A stretch of DNA of 35,073 nucleotides from a virus (IMGVR_UViG_3300020044_000979:1-35073); one strand, 5' to 3'; shown: positions 16,624 to 26,917, counted from the first letter of the stretch. Numbers and translations: made by a program. Notes: generated by a model not told the origin, from the sequence alone.

Positions 16624-16959
16624 TTATGCGTATCTCACCCAAAGACCAGCCTGACCATATGTACCGTTTCCGCCTGCGGCTGACATACATCGCCAACTAC
16701 CCGTGTTTACAAGCGTTTGATTTGGGAAATTTGCGCCAACACCTCCCGCCCATGATCCACCAGTCCAGTAAGCATTTGGGAGTGTGCTGTATATACTTGA
16801 CCCGGCCACCGTATTATTGACCGTATAGTTTGTTGCATTTGCAGGTCTGCCTGTTATGTATGTCCCAATCGCGTAAAGCGTTGTAGGGGTTACTGCTGCC
16901 GTACTTTGCACTGTCGCATCGTTAAACGTAATTGACGTTCCGCTTACTGTTACTGCCAT
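16624..16959 (-). CDS. small fibre/tip-associated protein
   Basis: ITFNDATVQSTAA N-terminus; AIGTY..GSWRCM..LWVRYA. Confidence 0.65.
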   Translation of the reverse strand: MAVTVSGTSITFNDATVQSTAAVTPTTLYAIGTYITGRPANATNYTVNNTVAGSSIYSTLPNAYWTGGSWAGGVGANFPNQTLVNTGSWRCMSAAGGNGTYGQAGLWVRYA

Positions 16960-16968
16960 GATGACTCC

Positions 16969-17286
16969 TTATGCGGCGCTAAAGCCGGTTGCTTGATCCA
17001 TTGTGAACTTGGTCACGCCGCCGTATTTGAACAGAAGTTTACCGCCCGATTCTTCAACTGTCCAGTTTGTTGTTTGAAGACCAGAGGCATTTATATCCCA
17101 ATCTCCAGTAGCGCCGGAGCCATCCAATGCTGGAACACTAAGATTTGTTCGTGCAGCAGTTGCAGAAGAAGCGCCAGTACCGCCATTTGCCACAGGAACA
17201 GCATTGACAAGTCCGTCAGTCGCATCCAACTGTCCGCTGGAGTTGAGGTTATTCGCAAGCTGCGAAAGATTAAAGGCTTGGGTCAT
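16969..17286 (-). CDS. short tail fibre-like protein
   Basis: [20 protein letters not shown] motif shared with the long fibre ([20 protein letters not shown]). Confidence 0.7.
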   Translation of the reverse strand: MTQAFNLSQLANNLNSSGQLDATDGLVNAVPVANGGTGASSATAARTNLSVPALDGSGATGDWDINASGLQTTNWTVEESGGKLLFKYGGVTKFTMDQATGFSAA

Positions 17287-17295
17287 GTGATGTCC

Positions 17296-20200
17296 TTATG
17301 CCGCGCCAATCCGAGCAAAAGTCTGCTGGTTCAAAAGCGTGAAATTGTTGGCAAATGCCGTTGTCAGATTATAGTTTGTTGCACTGGCAGTGTAGTCATA
17401 TCCCGACCCTTTCGTCAAGAGAGCGCCGTTGGCATAGACTTCCATTGCCAATGGATTGCTGGCAAAAATATATGTCAAAGCTCCGTTCACAGAGTAAGCC
17501 ACGGTGTTGGTGACGTTTGAAGCAGGAATGCCAAGGTTGTTTTCTGCATACATAATGATGGTCATCTTGCCAGTTACGTTGGATGGGAAGCCTGTAATGG
17601 CCGATCCAGACAAGTCGTAATCGACCTCATTGAACTGAGAGCCGTTGACGTACACAGACTCAAACCCATTGCGAATTGTGAAGTTTGAAGGGGTGTATGA
17701 CGATGCGTTTGACAGGTCAAACGTGTACCGACTAAACGGACGATATGCTGCTCCAGCGGCACGTTTTCTGAATACGCCATATCCAGCCGTAGCACCAGAA
17801 ATACTGGTTGTAAACGTGATTGTGTTAGTTGAGGTATTGACCGACTGAACTGTAAATGTTGTTGGAGTGTCAGCAGATGCTGGCTGTTCTGCCGCAAAGC
17901 ACAGCAGATTGCCAACTTCAACAATTTGATCTGTTGGGTCGCCGTACACAATTGTGTCTGAGCCGCTGGACGAAATGGTTGTGCCAAGAACCTCATAATA
18001 CTGATTCGTGCTGACTGCTCTCATGTTGATGACAACAACAATCTCCCCAGAAGCACAAGCAGTTGCCATTACAACTGTTGTAGTTGTCTCTGTGTATTCT
18101 GATGGGTCAAGCAAAGCGCCATTCCTGAAAACCAAGATGTTGCCAACAACGTGGTTTACGGCAAAAGATGTTTGCCCACCTGTCGCGCTAAAAACTTGCT
18201 CAGAGTAGAAAAATTCATCTGACTCAGTAAAGCCAACAACTCGCCCATAAATGTCAACGGTCAATGTGGCCGCGCTAAACGATTTGGAATAGATGCCAGA
18301 GCCAAAATTCAAGAACTTCTGCAAAGACACAACCATTGAACCGCTGGTGTTGTTTGTTACGCTCAACAAGCCGTCAGCAGAACTAATTGCTGTTGTGCCA
18401 GCCCGTGTCAATTGGCCTGTTCGCTCATCAAGGTCAATGTAGTTTTGTCCATCTTCCAATGCCCCCCAAACGGATGAGTCATAAATGGAAGTCTCGGTTG
18501 GGACAAAAGCGCCGCCCAAGTTTGCAAAACCAGCGTTTCCAACTGCGAAGCTGAACTTTCGGTTGGAGCGATTGGCAATCAGCAAATAATTGGAAGTGCC
18601 AAAGTCTGCTGCATACCATGTGTAATCAGCAGGGTTTACGCTTCCATTGGCTGTCGAATTGTTTAACAAGCCGTAGTAAGTTTTGTTTCTAGGATTCAAA
18701 CTAAATCCAGATGTACCTGTTGAGTTGGTTGCATAAGCAACAGCAATCCATCTCTCGGTGTATTGGAATGTTGTCGGCCTCCAGTTGAACACGGCAGATG
18801 CTGAAGAGTATTGACTAACAGCAACAGGGTTGACCAGACGAGAAAACAAGTACCAATTGCCAGCAGGAATCTGAAGCTCAACAGTTGGCAAAGTTTGACC
18901 AACAGAAAACGGAACGCCGTTGCTTGGAATACTTGTTGTGCCGCCAAGGTAAATTTGCGATGACGTTGGGTTGCTGAATGCCGAGTACCAGATTTCCGCA
19001 TAGGTAACAAAGCCTGCTGTCCCCATATAAGGCTGAACAGTGAAACTAGGCACAGCAGCGTATGGATACGATGAGAAAATTGTTGGCGCAGGCAAAGTGC
19101 CAAAGAAAACAGGGTCTGGCAGGTCTGTATTTGGTGCAGGCGTGTACTTGGTGATGTCGCGGTCATCATAGACCTGCGCGTTGTATTCGTTCAACTCAAA
19201 AGTCGCACCAAGGTTGCCATCAGGCAAAGAAATCTCAGACACCTTCATCACACGGAACAGCTTGGCCGTCCAGCCGTATGACGAGTTTGTGATGGAAATG
19301 ACATCTCCAGCATCCACCTGAATGCCTGTATAGACCGTGCTGATGGTGACAATCAGGTCTTCACGGGCTTGCTCAAGAATACGAGAAGCCAAATATTGAG
19401 CCTGAACCGAATCATTGACCATCGACAACTGAACGGACTGCTTGTTCACTGGCTCATTTGGGTACAGCAAGATTGCTGGAGTTTCATAGTAAACAAAGTC
19501 CGACTGGTCGCGGTTCTGTTTGCTTGGGAACTCTGCTTCAATTTGGTTGACGCTGCTTGTAATGTCAAAAGCACTGACGCGAATTTCACCAACAATGTTG
19601 TCATCATTAAACGCAAGTGATGTTGTTTCAGCCTTGTTGATTACAACGCTCCACTGGCCCAATGCTGCGTTGTATTGGTTCCAAGAGTCACACGCAACCA
19701 TGATGGCGTTAATGTTGGTCAAGCAACTTTGGCCTGTATCTACAACGCCGTTGATACGATAACGCGCCTGAGTTTTTGGAACGCCATCTTCCATATAAGG
19801 AATCAAGCCATCAGAGTACGAATTCAGTGCCGTTGCAGAAGATGCGTTCACAATGTCTGAGGCCATTGCAGCGCCATACAACTGATTTGTGATGTAGTCG
19901 TACCAAACATCGCCGGGCTTTGATGCGCCTGTTCCATTCAAATACTGGCTTGCTTTGAATGTGACCGTCTGCATGTTGGTTGTCTCTGCATCACGGTTGT
20001 AATTCAGCTTCACAATCGCAAAAGCCAAACCGTTCATTTGACGGTTTGATGGCGACCATCGTAGTTCAGATGGAATGTCGCCGCCACCCATAAAAGCAGA
20101 GGGCAAAGAAGCGCCATTGGTTGATGAGATAACACCAGACTGCGAGGATGTGTACAGGGCAATAAACAGGTTCCCATTTACCTTCCCATCCACATTCCCT

Positions 20201-20598
20201 GCACCATCAGTCAAACTCACAACTTTGGTTTGGTCTGTGCCATCAAAGGTCATCTTGCGATCACCCCAATACATGTCAGTAGTATCAAAACCAAACTGAC
20301 CATTAGGACTGATGTGAGATACAACCATGACGTAATACATGGTCTTGGCATCCGTACTCAGGACGGCATCAATAAATCTACCGCCGCAATAGGCATCTCC
20401 ATAAACAACTGGAATGCTGTTGGTGGATGATGGGGGGACTTGCTGGCGAACGCCGTTGTCAGCCGCTTGCCCAGAGCTTGAGCTTGGAGCAAATGTCTTT
20501 GCCATAACAGAAGAAACAGCAAAGTTGATTGCAAAAGCTGTTGCATATAAAACGACTCCTTCTAAGGCAAAGTAAGTCGCAATCATCATCCCAACCAT
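17296..20598 (-). CDS. tail tip / central fibre protein (gpJ-like)
   Basis: 1100 aa; IPVVYG, RYRINGV, AGDVISIT..FRVMKV motifs; position in the tail module. Confidence 0.8.
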   Translation of the reverse strand: MVGMMIATYFALEGVVLYATAFAINFAVSSVMAKTFAPSSSSGQAADNGVRQQVPPSSTNSIPVVYGDAYCGGRFIDAVLSTDAKTMYYVMVVSHISPNGQFGFDTTDMYWGDRKMTFDGTDQTKVVSLTDGAGNVDGKVNGNLFIALYTSSQSGVISSTNGASLPSAFMGGGDIPSELRWSPSNRQMNGLAFAIVKLNYNRDAETTNMQTVTFKASQYLNGTGASKPGDVWYDYITNQLYGAAMASDIVNASSATALNSYSDGLIPYMEDGVPKTQARYRINGVVDTGQSCLTNINAIMVACDSWNQYNAALGQWSVVINKAETTSLAFNDDNIVGEIRVSAFDITSSVNQIEAEFPSKQNRDQSDFVYYETPAILLYPNEPVNKQSVQLSMVNDSVQAQYLASRILEQAREDLIVTISTVYTGIQVDAGDVISITNSSYGWTAKLFRVMKVSEISLPDGNLGATFELNEYNAQVYDDRDITKYTPAPNTDLPDPVFFGTLPAPTIFSSYPYAAVPSFTVQPYMGTAGFVTYAEIWYSAFSNPTSSQIYLGGTTSIPSNGVPFSVGQTLPTVELQIPAGNWYLFSRLVNPVAVSQYSSASAVFNWRPTTFQYTERWIAVAYATNSTGTSGFSLNPRNKTYYGLLNNSTANGSVNPADYTWYAADFGTSNYLLIANRSNRKFSFAVGNAGFANLGGAFVPTETSIYDSSVWGALEDGQNYIDLDERTGQLTRAGTTAISSADGLLSVTNNTSGSMVVSLQKFLNFGSGIYSKSFSAATLTVDIYGRVVGFTESDEFFYSEQVFSATGGQTSFAVNHVVGNILVFRNGALLDPSEYTETTTTVVMATACASGEIVVVINMRAVSTNQYYEVLGTTISSSGSDTIVYGDPTDQIVEVGNLLCFAAEQPASADTPTTFTVQSVNTSTNTITFTTSISGATAGYGVFRKRAAGAAYRPFSRYTFDLSNASSYTPSNFTIRNGFESVYVNGSQFNEVDYDLSGSAITGFPSNVTGKMTIIMYAENNLGIPASNVTNTVAYSVNGALTYIFASNPLAMEVYANGALLTKGSGYDYTASATNYNLTTAFANNFTLLNQQTFARIGAA

Positions 20599-20600
20599 AA

Positions 20601-21047
20601 CTATTCCTTCACAAAATTTGCACCAACTGGCTTGTAGCCTCGCTTGGTGTAATCAATTAACGGGCCTGATGCCGACACTGAAGTAATGGAGAAATGTATG
20701 TCGCCACGCTCCAGCATCTCAGTGGCTTCTTTGTCAAACGCCTTCCACAAACGGCCACCAATCGTGCCATTCCTGTATTCAGGCTCAACCCACCAAAGCA
20801 ATTCGTTCAATTCTCTCACTTTTGGACACCAAATATTTGGTGTTTTAAGACCAATAATTGCGCCGCGCATGTGATTGTCAATGTAAATAAAACCGCGCCC
20901 CATGATGATGCCAAACAACAGGCTCTCAACATACTTGGGGTCATGGTTCACTTGCTTTCCCAAGACTGTGATCGGATTTTCAAAGGCATACGCCTCAACA
21001 ATCTCCAGCAGTCTTGGAATGTCGTATCTTGTTGCTTTTCTTATCAT
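20601..21047 (-). CDS. GNAT-family acetyltransferase-like protein
   Basis: MIRKAT..DIP, WWVEPEYRNGTIGGRL (acetyl-CoA motif A), YTKRGYK. Confidence 0.8.
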   Translation of the reverse strand: MIRKATRYDIPRLLEIVEAYAFENPITVLGKQVNHDPKYVESLLFGIIMGRGFIYIDNHMRGAIIGLKTPNIWCPKVRELNELLWWVEPEYRNGTIGGRLWKAFDKEATEMLERGDIHFSITSVSASGPLIDYTKRGYKPVGANFVKE

Positions 21048-21682
21048 CGGCCAAAAATTCTTTGTGATGGTGCGTTTGATGCTGCTTGGCTTCCAGACGA
21101 ATTAACTTCGCCACCAAAGTCAAAGTACGAGCCAGCAATTGTCGGCACTCGGTTCATGCTGGTGTCATTGGGATAGTAGACCTGCCAAATCTTTGGTGTT
21201 GTTCTAACGCCGCCAACACGATTCTCAAGGATTGTTCTGAATGAAGCACATGACAACCCAACAGTGGCAACGCGAGTTCTTACCTGCTCATTCCAATCTT
21301 CAGTGATGGAGAAGTTGGACACGATGCCCTGATAACGCTTAAAGAACTGCTGCGTTGGCGATTCAATGATCTGGTTGTTGGAGTCCAAGAAGCCGCGCCA
21401 AACCTCAATGCGGGAACCCTTCAATTCGGAGCCAAGCACAATGGCAATGTTGGTTCCATCAACGCCAGTGAGCGAAACGGACAAATCAGAACTATTGGCC
21501 TTTACATCTCGCTTGATGTCGCTCAACTGAAGCAAGCTCCCAAGGTTTGTAAATGTGATGCCGTTTACCTGAATTGCAGCAGCAGCGTTACAAAACGTGT
21601 AGGTGTTGGCCGGAAGCGTCAATCTGATGAATTCAGCTTGCCGAATAGACGAACTATTTAGCGCAGTCATTATTGTTGTCAT
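21044..21682 (-). CDS. minor tail / hub protein
   Basis: Position after the distal tail gene; LSVSLTGVD..GSRIEVWRGF..YPNDTSM..FDFG. Confidence 0.7.
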   Translation of the reverse strand: MTTIMTALNSSSIRQAEFIRLTLPANTYTFCNAAAAIQVNGITFTNLGSLLQLSDIKRDVKANSSDLSVSLTGVDGTNIAIVLGSELKGSRIEVWRGFLDSNNQIIESPTQQFFKRYQGIVSNFSITEDWNEQVRTRVATVGLSCASFRTILENRVGGVRTTPKIWQVYYPNDTSMNRVPTIAGSYFDFGGEVNSSGSQAASNAPSQRIFGR

Positions 21683-22329
21683 CCTGTGATGTCCTCTCTG
21701 AATACAAATGCGTCATCCCACTGGACAAAAGCTCCACCGGGCGCTGGCGTAAGTGTATAGGTCGGGCACTTTTCTGCCAAGACGGTGAACTCACAGGTAT
21801 TGCCAACTCCAGCCAATGTACCAGTGGACACAGTACCAATAACCGGGCGATGCAAACCCACCGAAACGGTTGCATCAAGGCCACGCAAAACGTCTGCCGT
21901 AACCTTGTAGGAGTAGCTTCCCAACTGCAAGAAATCACCAGCCCTGAAGATGGCTTTTGTGCTTGCCACAGTTGGAAGATTACCAACACTGATGATCTGA
22001 GAGTTAGCCACAGGCACAGCAGCCAAGGTCAAGGCGTTGGCTTGAGCTGTGGTCAAGTCGCCTTGATAGTCCGTAAACCAGCCAAGGTTTGCGCTGGTAA
22101 ACGTGATTGTTTCAGGCAACTGCCGGTCAAGGTTATCAATCGTCTGGATGATTTCTCTTGATGTCGCGTAGGGCAAGTAGTTGTGAGGAACAACCGTAAA
22201 AATCCACGGAACTGCCGTCAGGTATTGAGCCACACGAACCTGCCCAGAACGGCTGTACTGCTGGCCCACAGTCCTGCGGTTGTTCACCGACATGGACTGC
22301 TGGCATTCAAAGATTTTCTGAAATGACAT
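21679..22329 (-). CDS. distal tail protein
   Basis: Immediately follows the tape measure gene; beta-rich. Confidence 0.65.
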   Translation of the reverse strand: MSFQKIFECQQSMSVNNRRTVGQQYSRSGQVRVAQYLTAVPWIFTVVPHNYLPYATSREIIQTIDNLDRQLPETITFTSANLGWFTDYQGDLTTAQANALTLAAVPVANSQIISVGNLPTVASTKAIFRAGDFLQLGSYSYKVTADVLRGLDATVSVGLHRPVIGTVSTGTLAGVGNTCEFTVLAEKCPTYTLTPAPGGAFVQWDDAFVFREDITG

Positions 22330-24764
22330 TAGGTTCTCCCGAAACTTGTAGCAAGGTTCTTGTTCGCATACTGATTTGCCGCCCAGATCGCATTAGAACT
22401 GCCCAGAAGGCGGTCTTCAAACGATTTGGTGTCAATGGCATTGATGTAGTTGTTTGTGACGTTGGTGGTCCCGCTAGAACCGTTTAGCAAATGGTTGGGG
22501 ATGATTGTTCCCGCCGTCTTTGGCACAAACAACTCAGGACCACGTTCGCCAACAACACTGACCTTGCCAACAGGAGGATCGCCACCGTCAGCAAAGTATC
22601 CGCCACCCGGCTTCATGGTTGCAGCATTACCAACAGAACCTACGCCAACACCAGCAAAAGCACCAAACATCGACCCAATCAAACCGCGAACAAGTTGCAT
22701 GGCTTGAATTTTCATCTCCATTGCCAGCATGTCTTGAATGACACTGCGAGTGAAGTCTTTAAATGAGAACTTGCCAGTCTTAACAAAGTTGTCAATTGCA
22801 GAAGACATGTTGCCCCATACAGTATCAAAAACCTGTTGAGTCTTTTGCATGGAATCTTGAATGGTTACATTCATTTTCTCCAGTGCTTCTTGACGGTCAA
22901 GTTGTCCAGTCAAAAAGTCTTTATCTGGACTGCCTTCAATCTCTTTTCGCTGCTGTGCGTACTTTAAAGAAATCATAGCCAGCTTTTGCTCTTTCTCTGT
23001 CGCATAAATAAGTTGGTATTTCAATTCCAAACGCTCTTTTTCGTACTCAAGACCTTGAGTAGATTTTTGAGCATCTGTTCTAATTGCGGCACGGCGATTG
23101 TCTTCAGCAACAGCAGCGTCAGTGATTTCTTTTTCGGTACGCACAGACTCTTCGTATTCAGCAAGCATGTTCTTCGTGCGAATCTGCTGCTTCTTTTCTG
23201 CAACTTCGGCCTCAATTGCAAGAACCTTGTTCTTGTAAATTTCAAGGTTTTGTGCAGAAGCTCGGCCATCTTCCTGCATATTTTTTTGCATCATTTCTGC
23301 TTTGGCTTCAGAAATCTTTTTAGCCGACTCAAGCTCTAACGTTTGAAGCTCGTTTGCGCCCTGCTTGGCTACTGCAAATTTGGCTTCTATTTTGGACTTT
23401 TCTACTTCAGCGGCTTTGCCTTTGAGCATTGCCTTGTACTTGTCGTACTCATCAATTTCTTCCTTGGCCTTTCCTACGTCTTTTGAAGCTGTGGATCGAC
23501 CCTGAAGACGTTGAATTTCTTGAATGCTGTCTTTGCTGGCTTGCAATGCAGCAAGAGTTTTTCTCCAGCCTCTTGCAAAAACTGTATCTTCATCCTCTGG
23601 AGTTCCAGCCAGTTTTTGCTGAATATCAGAAATCTGTTTGTCAAGGGCTTCAAGTGTTTGAGATTGAGTTGGCCCAGACAATGCCTGCTTAAACTGGTCC
23701 CAATAGTTGCTCATGGCAGTCGTCACAGACTTCCACGCACCCTCAAGCAAACCAAGCTCACGGCGCTGCTGCTCCAGCTTGGTATTCAAAGCCACAGCAA
23801 CAACCTGCGCGGCCTCCTGCTTTTTGTTTACCTTCTCCAGAGCCTCAATTTGTTTGTATTGCTCAAGCGTCAGGAAGTTCATTTCCTTGTTCAAGGCTTT
23901 TGCGCCTTCTGCCGTCCCACTCAAGCCACCCTTGAGCTTCTGCGCGGCCTCAGTAGCAGAAACGCCTGCAATCTGAGAATAGGTGATGATTGCTTGAGTT
24001 ACAGCAGTGATTGATTGGCCTGTGAACTGCCCAGAAGAAATAACAGCCATCAAGGCTTCTTTGGTTGAACCAAGACTTGCCTTAGTTGTCCCACTTAATG
24101 TGTCCGCCAGCTTCTGAAATGATTGCTCTGTCACCTCAGAATAGTTGCCAGTCAAAGTCAGCGCATCATTGAGCTGCTCCATTTCTGTTGCTGCGTCATA
24201 TGCAGCTTTTGCAGTTGCGCCGATAGCAATTGCAAGGACACCAAAACCAACTGTGGTTGGCGTTAACAGAGAGCCAATGGCCTTGAACATATTGCCAATG
24301 CCACCCATTGAATCCTTCAACTGACCACCCTGCTGCAAGATGGCAATGAAAGGGCTTTGACCAGATGCAATCTGCGTGAACAAGTCAGTCGTCTGATATG
24401 TCAGGTTGAGCTTTTGCTGCTCGTTCATTTTGAACTGAGCACCAGCAGCACCTTTGGCCGACATGGCAATTTTGTCGTAAGCAGCAGCTTGGTCAAGCAA
24501 TTGCTTCTTCATATCAGTAGTGGCGTTCTTGAAGCGGCCAGCGGCCATTTCTCGCTCAACCTGAGTGATCTTGGAGACAGTCTTGCCGTAATCGTCAGTG
24601 GCGTATTTGAGCGCCACAATCTCTTTTGCTGCTGCGTTTGTCTCTCGCTTAATCGCGTCCTTCAATTTCTTGTTTTCAGAAATCGCTTTGTCAATGGACG
24701 CTGTAAATTCAGCCGTATCCAGACCAAGGACAACGCCAAGTCGGGCAATGTTTTGTGAAGCCAT
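22329..24764 (-). CDS. tail tape measure protein (lambda-type)
   Basis: YQTTDLFTQIASGQSPF..QQGGQLKD; coiled coil; FADGG..VGERGPELFVP C-terminus. Confidence 0.95.
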   Translation of the reverse strand: MASQNIARLGVVLGLDTAEFTASIDKAISENKKLKDAIKRETNAAAKEIVALKYATDDYGKTVSKITQVEREMAAGRFKNATTDMKKQLLDQAAAYDKIAMSAKGAAGAQFKMNEQQKLNLTYQTTDLFTQIASGQSPFIAILQQGGQLKDSMGGIGNMFKAIGSLLTPTTVGFGVLAIAIGATAKAAYDAATEMEQLNDALTLTGNYSEVTEQSFQKLADTLSGTTKASLGSTKEALMAVISSGQFTGQSITAVTQAIITYSQIAGVSATEAAQKLKGGLSGTAEGAKALNKEMNFLTLEQYKQIEALEKVNKKQEAAQVVAVALNTKLEQQRRELGLLEGAWKSVTTAMSNYWDQFKQALSGPTQSQTLEALDKQISDIQQKLAGTPEDEDTVFARGWRKTLAALQASKDSIQEIQRLQGRSTASKDVGKAKEEIDEYDKYKAMLKGKAAEVEKSKIEAKFAVAKQGANELQTLELESAKKISEAKAEMMQKNMQEDGRASAQNLEIYKNKVLAIEAEVAEKKQQIRTKNMLAEYEESVRTEKEITDAAVAEDNRRAAIRTDAQKSTQGLEYEKERLELKYQLIYATEKEQKLAMISLKYAQQRKEIEGSPDKDFLTGQLDRQEALEKMNVTIQDSMQKTQQVFDTVWGNMSSAIDNFVKTGKFSFKDFTRSVIQDMLAMEMKIQAMQLVRGLIGSMFGAFAGVGVGSVGNAATMKPGGGYFADGGDPPVGKVSVVGERGPELFVPKTAGTIIPNHLLNGSSGTTNVTNNYINAIDTKSFEDRLLGSSNAIWAANQYANKNLATSFGRT

Positions 24765-25255
24765 TATTTCTTCCTTCGCGCCAGTTTCTTGGCGTATTCA
24801 GGGATTCTGACCGCCAATTGTGATTTTAGTTCAGTGATGACGGCATCAGCATTTTCTTGTAATGCAGGACGCAGAAATGGGTGCGCCGCAACCTTTGATG
24901 TACCGAATTCGTTTGCCAATGACACGGCACTCTTTTTGACCGATACAACCGCGATAACAGCATCTGTCTCATTGACGTAATCGCTCATGCGGTCTTTTGC
25001 GTTTGGGATTCTTGCCTCAAGACGGATAGTGTCTCGCATGTGAACTGGGTTTTTATCATCCCTTGGCTTGTCGCCTACATGCGCTCTTGATTTTGCTGAG
25101 TCAAGAACAGAACCCATTGCAGCCTTTGCGGCTGGCGTAAGCGTGTTTCGAGCGACCAAATCACCCCGGAATCCTTCAGCCAAGTCTTTCAACTGCTGTT
25201 CAAATTCAGCAAATCCTTCCAATTGGAAAGACTTGCTTTGCGGGGTGTAGGCCAT
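24764..25255 (-). CDS. HK97 gp10-like tail completion protein
   Basis: LEGFAEFEQQL..EFGTSKVAAHPFLRPAL. Confidence 0.88.
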   Translation of the reverse strand: MAYTPQSKSFQLEGFAEFEQQLKDLAEGFRGDLVARNTLTPAAKAAMGSVLDSAKSRAHVGDKPRDDKNPVHMRDTIRLEARIPNAKDRMSDYVNETDAVIAVVSVKKSAVSLANEFGTSKVAAHPFLRPALQENADAVITELKSQLAVRIPEYAKKLARRKK

Positions 25256-25256
25256 G

Positions 25257-25601
25257 TCACGCTTTCAAGAATGCCTCCGAACCGGGCTTCATCGCAACAA
25301 ACATCAGCATCTGCTGGTTGGTCTGCTCACGCTGCTGCTCATCACTCAAAGGCGGAACAATGTAGTCATGCGTTGACGGCAAGACATCCTGCATTCGGAA
25401 TGGTTTTGCCGTCTTCTGCATTTTCGAGTTTAGGTTGCCTGTGGTCAAGGAACTTAACGCCAGCAACAGCGCCTTGTTCCCAATCATCCCATCCGACAAC
25501 ATAATCTCAATGTTTATCAGGTCATCAACCGGAACATCGTCAGGACACCCACCGTGAGCATAAATATATGCCCTAGCCTGTGAGTGAGCGTCCTGAATCA
25601 G
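25257..25601 (-). CDS. tail assembly chaperone, -1 frameshift extension (gpGT-like)
   Basis: The -1 frame is open from the slippery site: LIQDAHSQARAYIYAHGGCPDDVPVDDLINIEIMLSDG... to the stop at 25257. Confidence 0.75.
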   Translation of the reverse strand: MIQDAHSQARAYIYAHGGCPDDVPVDDLINIEIMLSDGMIGNKALLLALSSLTTGNLNSKMQKTAKPFRMQDVLPSTHDYIVPPLSDEQQREQTNQQMLMFVAMKPGSEAFLKA

Positions 25602-25607
25602 TTTTTT
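25541..25607 (-). other. programmed -1 frameshift signal
   Basis: A AAA AAC (25607-25601) right before the TGA; 13-bp stem 25595-25583/25553-25541 begins 5 nt downstream. Confidence 0.75.
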
Positions 25608-26068
25608 CGAGAGTCCTTATATCCGGGTTGGATGCACTCAGTAATTTTTGCGATCATCTCAAGCTGGACAGTCATTGGCCATTCAGCTTCAACATCGGAA
25701 TACGTCAAGCCGTCCCATTCGCCAACTTCAGGCACAAGCAGCTTGATGTATTCAACAATGCGCTGTTCCATGAGAATGACTGAGCGAGCCAAGCCTTTGG
25801 TTGATCGGCCTTCAATAATCACATCATCTTCAGTGACTTCAACGCCGTCAATCACCGTTCCATCACGAAAGCTGCCAGACATTTTTTCATATCGGCTGCT
25901 CAGTTCGGCTTCGTCAATTTTTGTAATGCGGTCTTCAAGTTGCTCCATCTCTTTTGTCAAAGGGATGCGAACTTTGAAGACATGCCCACCAAGCTCAAAA
26001 GACTTGGTACGCAGATGTGCAGATGCCTTTTGATAACTGTCGCCAAAAGCAGATGAGAGTCGTGACAT
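25598..26068 (-). CDS. tail assembly chaperone (gpG-like)
   Basis: Lies between the major tail and tape measure genes; ends SRKN* at the slippery site. Confidence 0.8.
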   Translation of the reverse strand: MSRLSSAFGDSYQKASAHLRTKSFELGGHVFKVRIPLTKEMEQLEDRITKIDEAELSSRYEKMSGSFRDGTVIDGVEVTEDDVIIEGRSTKGLARSVILMEQRIVEYIKLLVPEVGEWDGLTYSDVEAEWPMTVQLEMIAKITECIQPGYKDSRKN

Positions 26069-26077
26069 GTGATTTCC

Positions 26078-26308
26078 TTATCGTGTAGTTTTGATGATCT
26101 TGTCGTAGATGGCCTGATTCAATGCGATGGCGTAAGCCACGGCTTCTTCTGGCGTAATCTTGTCGGCGTGATGCCGTGCAATATCGTGGGCCAAAGCGAT
26201 GGCCGTAATGCGCTGCACAGAGAAGCTAAACCAATCTTTTCTTTCTCCAGATTGAGTCATCAGGAAATTTAGCAAATCGGCGCTTCCGTTTTTTTCGTCT
26301 TTTGTCAT
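26078..26308 (-). CDS. hypothetical protein in the tail operon
   Basis: 76 aa helical ORF. Confidence 0.65.
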   Translation of the reverse strand: MTKDEKNGSADLLNFLMTQSGERKDWFSFSVQRITAIALAHDIARHHADKITPEEAVAYAIALNQAIYDKIIKTTR

Positions 26309-26859
26309 ATTTCCTCTATTAAAAATTTGTTGTGTTTTTTTCTGTTATCTTGTTTCGAGATGATTTTCAAATTTTCAGCAACATGCAGACCACAAACCAA
26401 ATTATGAACCAATGGAATTACATGGTCAACCTCAACATCCAATCCAGAATTCTTCATTCTTAATGCTTGGGCATAAATTTCTTTTATGGAATTAATGTCA
26501 GCCCAAGGTGGAGTCGCTGTTTTTTTGCTAGACCTTCTTTTTGCACAATAAAAATAAGCCAGTTCTTCATGCTTATCTTTGTTTTGCAATTCCCAGCTTC
26601 TTGCTCTTAATTTATATGAATCACTATTTTTTTGATAGTGATTTTTTTTGGATTCAAGCGATCTTTGACGATTGTTTGATCTCCAATTTTTTGCTTTCTC
26701 TTTTATCTTTTCTTTGTTCTTTTGGTAATACAAATTGTCGCATTGCTTGCATCTGCTCGACAAATTATATTTCCCACATTGATTTGATGAAAAAAATGAA
26801 AAGTGCTTAATATCTTTGCAATTTCCACATTGCTTTTCAAATACAATTTGATTGCTCAT
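26305..26859 (-). CDS. free-standing HNH homing endonuclease
   Basis: Start MSNQIVFEKQCGNC; CKQC; ATPPWAD; VDHVIPL..VCGLHVAENL..N.KK.N. AT-rich relative to its flanks. Confidence 0.88.
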   Translation of the reverse strand: MSNQIVFEKQCGNCKDIKHFSFFSSNQCGKYNLSSRCKQCDNLYYQKNKEKIKEKAKNWRSNNRQRSLESKKNHYQKNSDSYKLRARSWELQNKDKHEELAYFYCAKRRSSKKTATPPWADINSIKEIYAQALRMKNSGLDVEVDHVIPLVHNLVCGLHVAENLKIISKQDNRKKHNKFLIEEI

Positions 26860-26917
26860 TACGTTCCTTATCAACGAAATGGGAAGTAAAGCCTCAGTGT
26901 TCCCGCACTGAGGCTTT
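26857..26917 (-). promoter_or_regulatory. hairpins in the HNH leader
   Basis: 12-bp stem 26888-26899/26906-26917. A second stem 26873-26881/26857-26865 pairs the AUG and puts the SD in its loop. Confidence 0.6.

Noticed and set aside
12567-20598. Diversity-generating retroelement or invertible fibre cassette
   Set aside because: No reverse transcriptase, invertase, or template/variable repeat pair seen.
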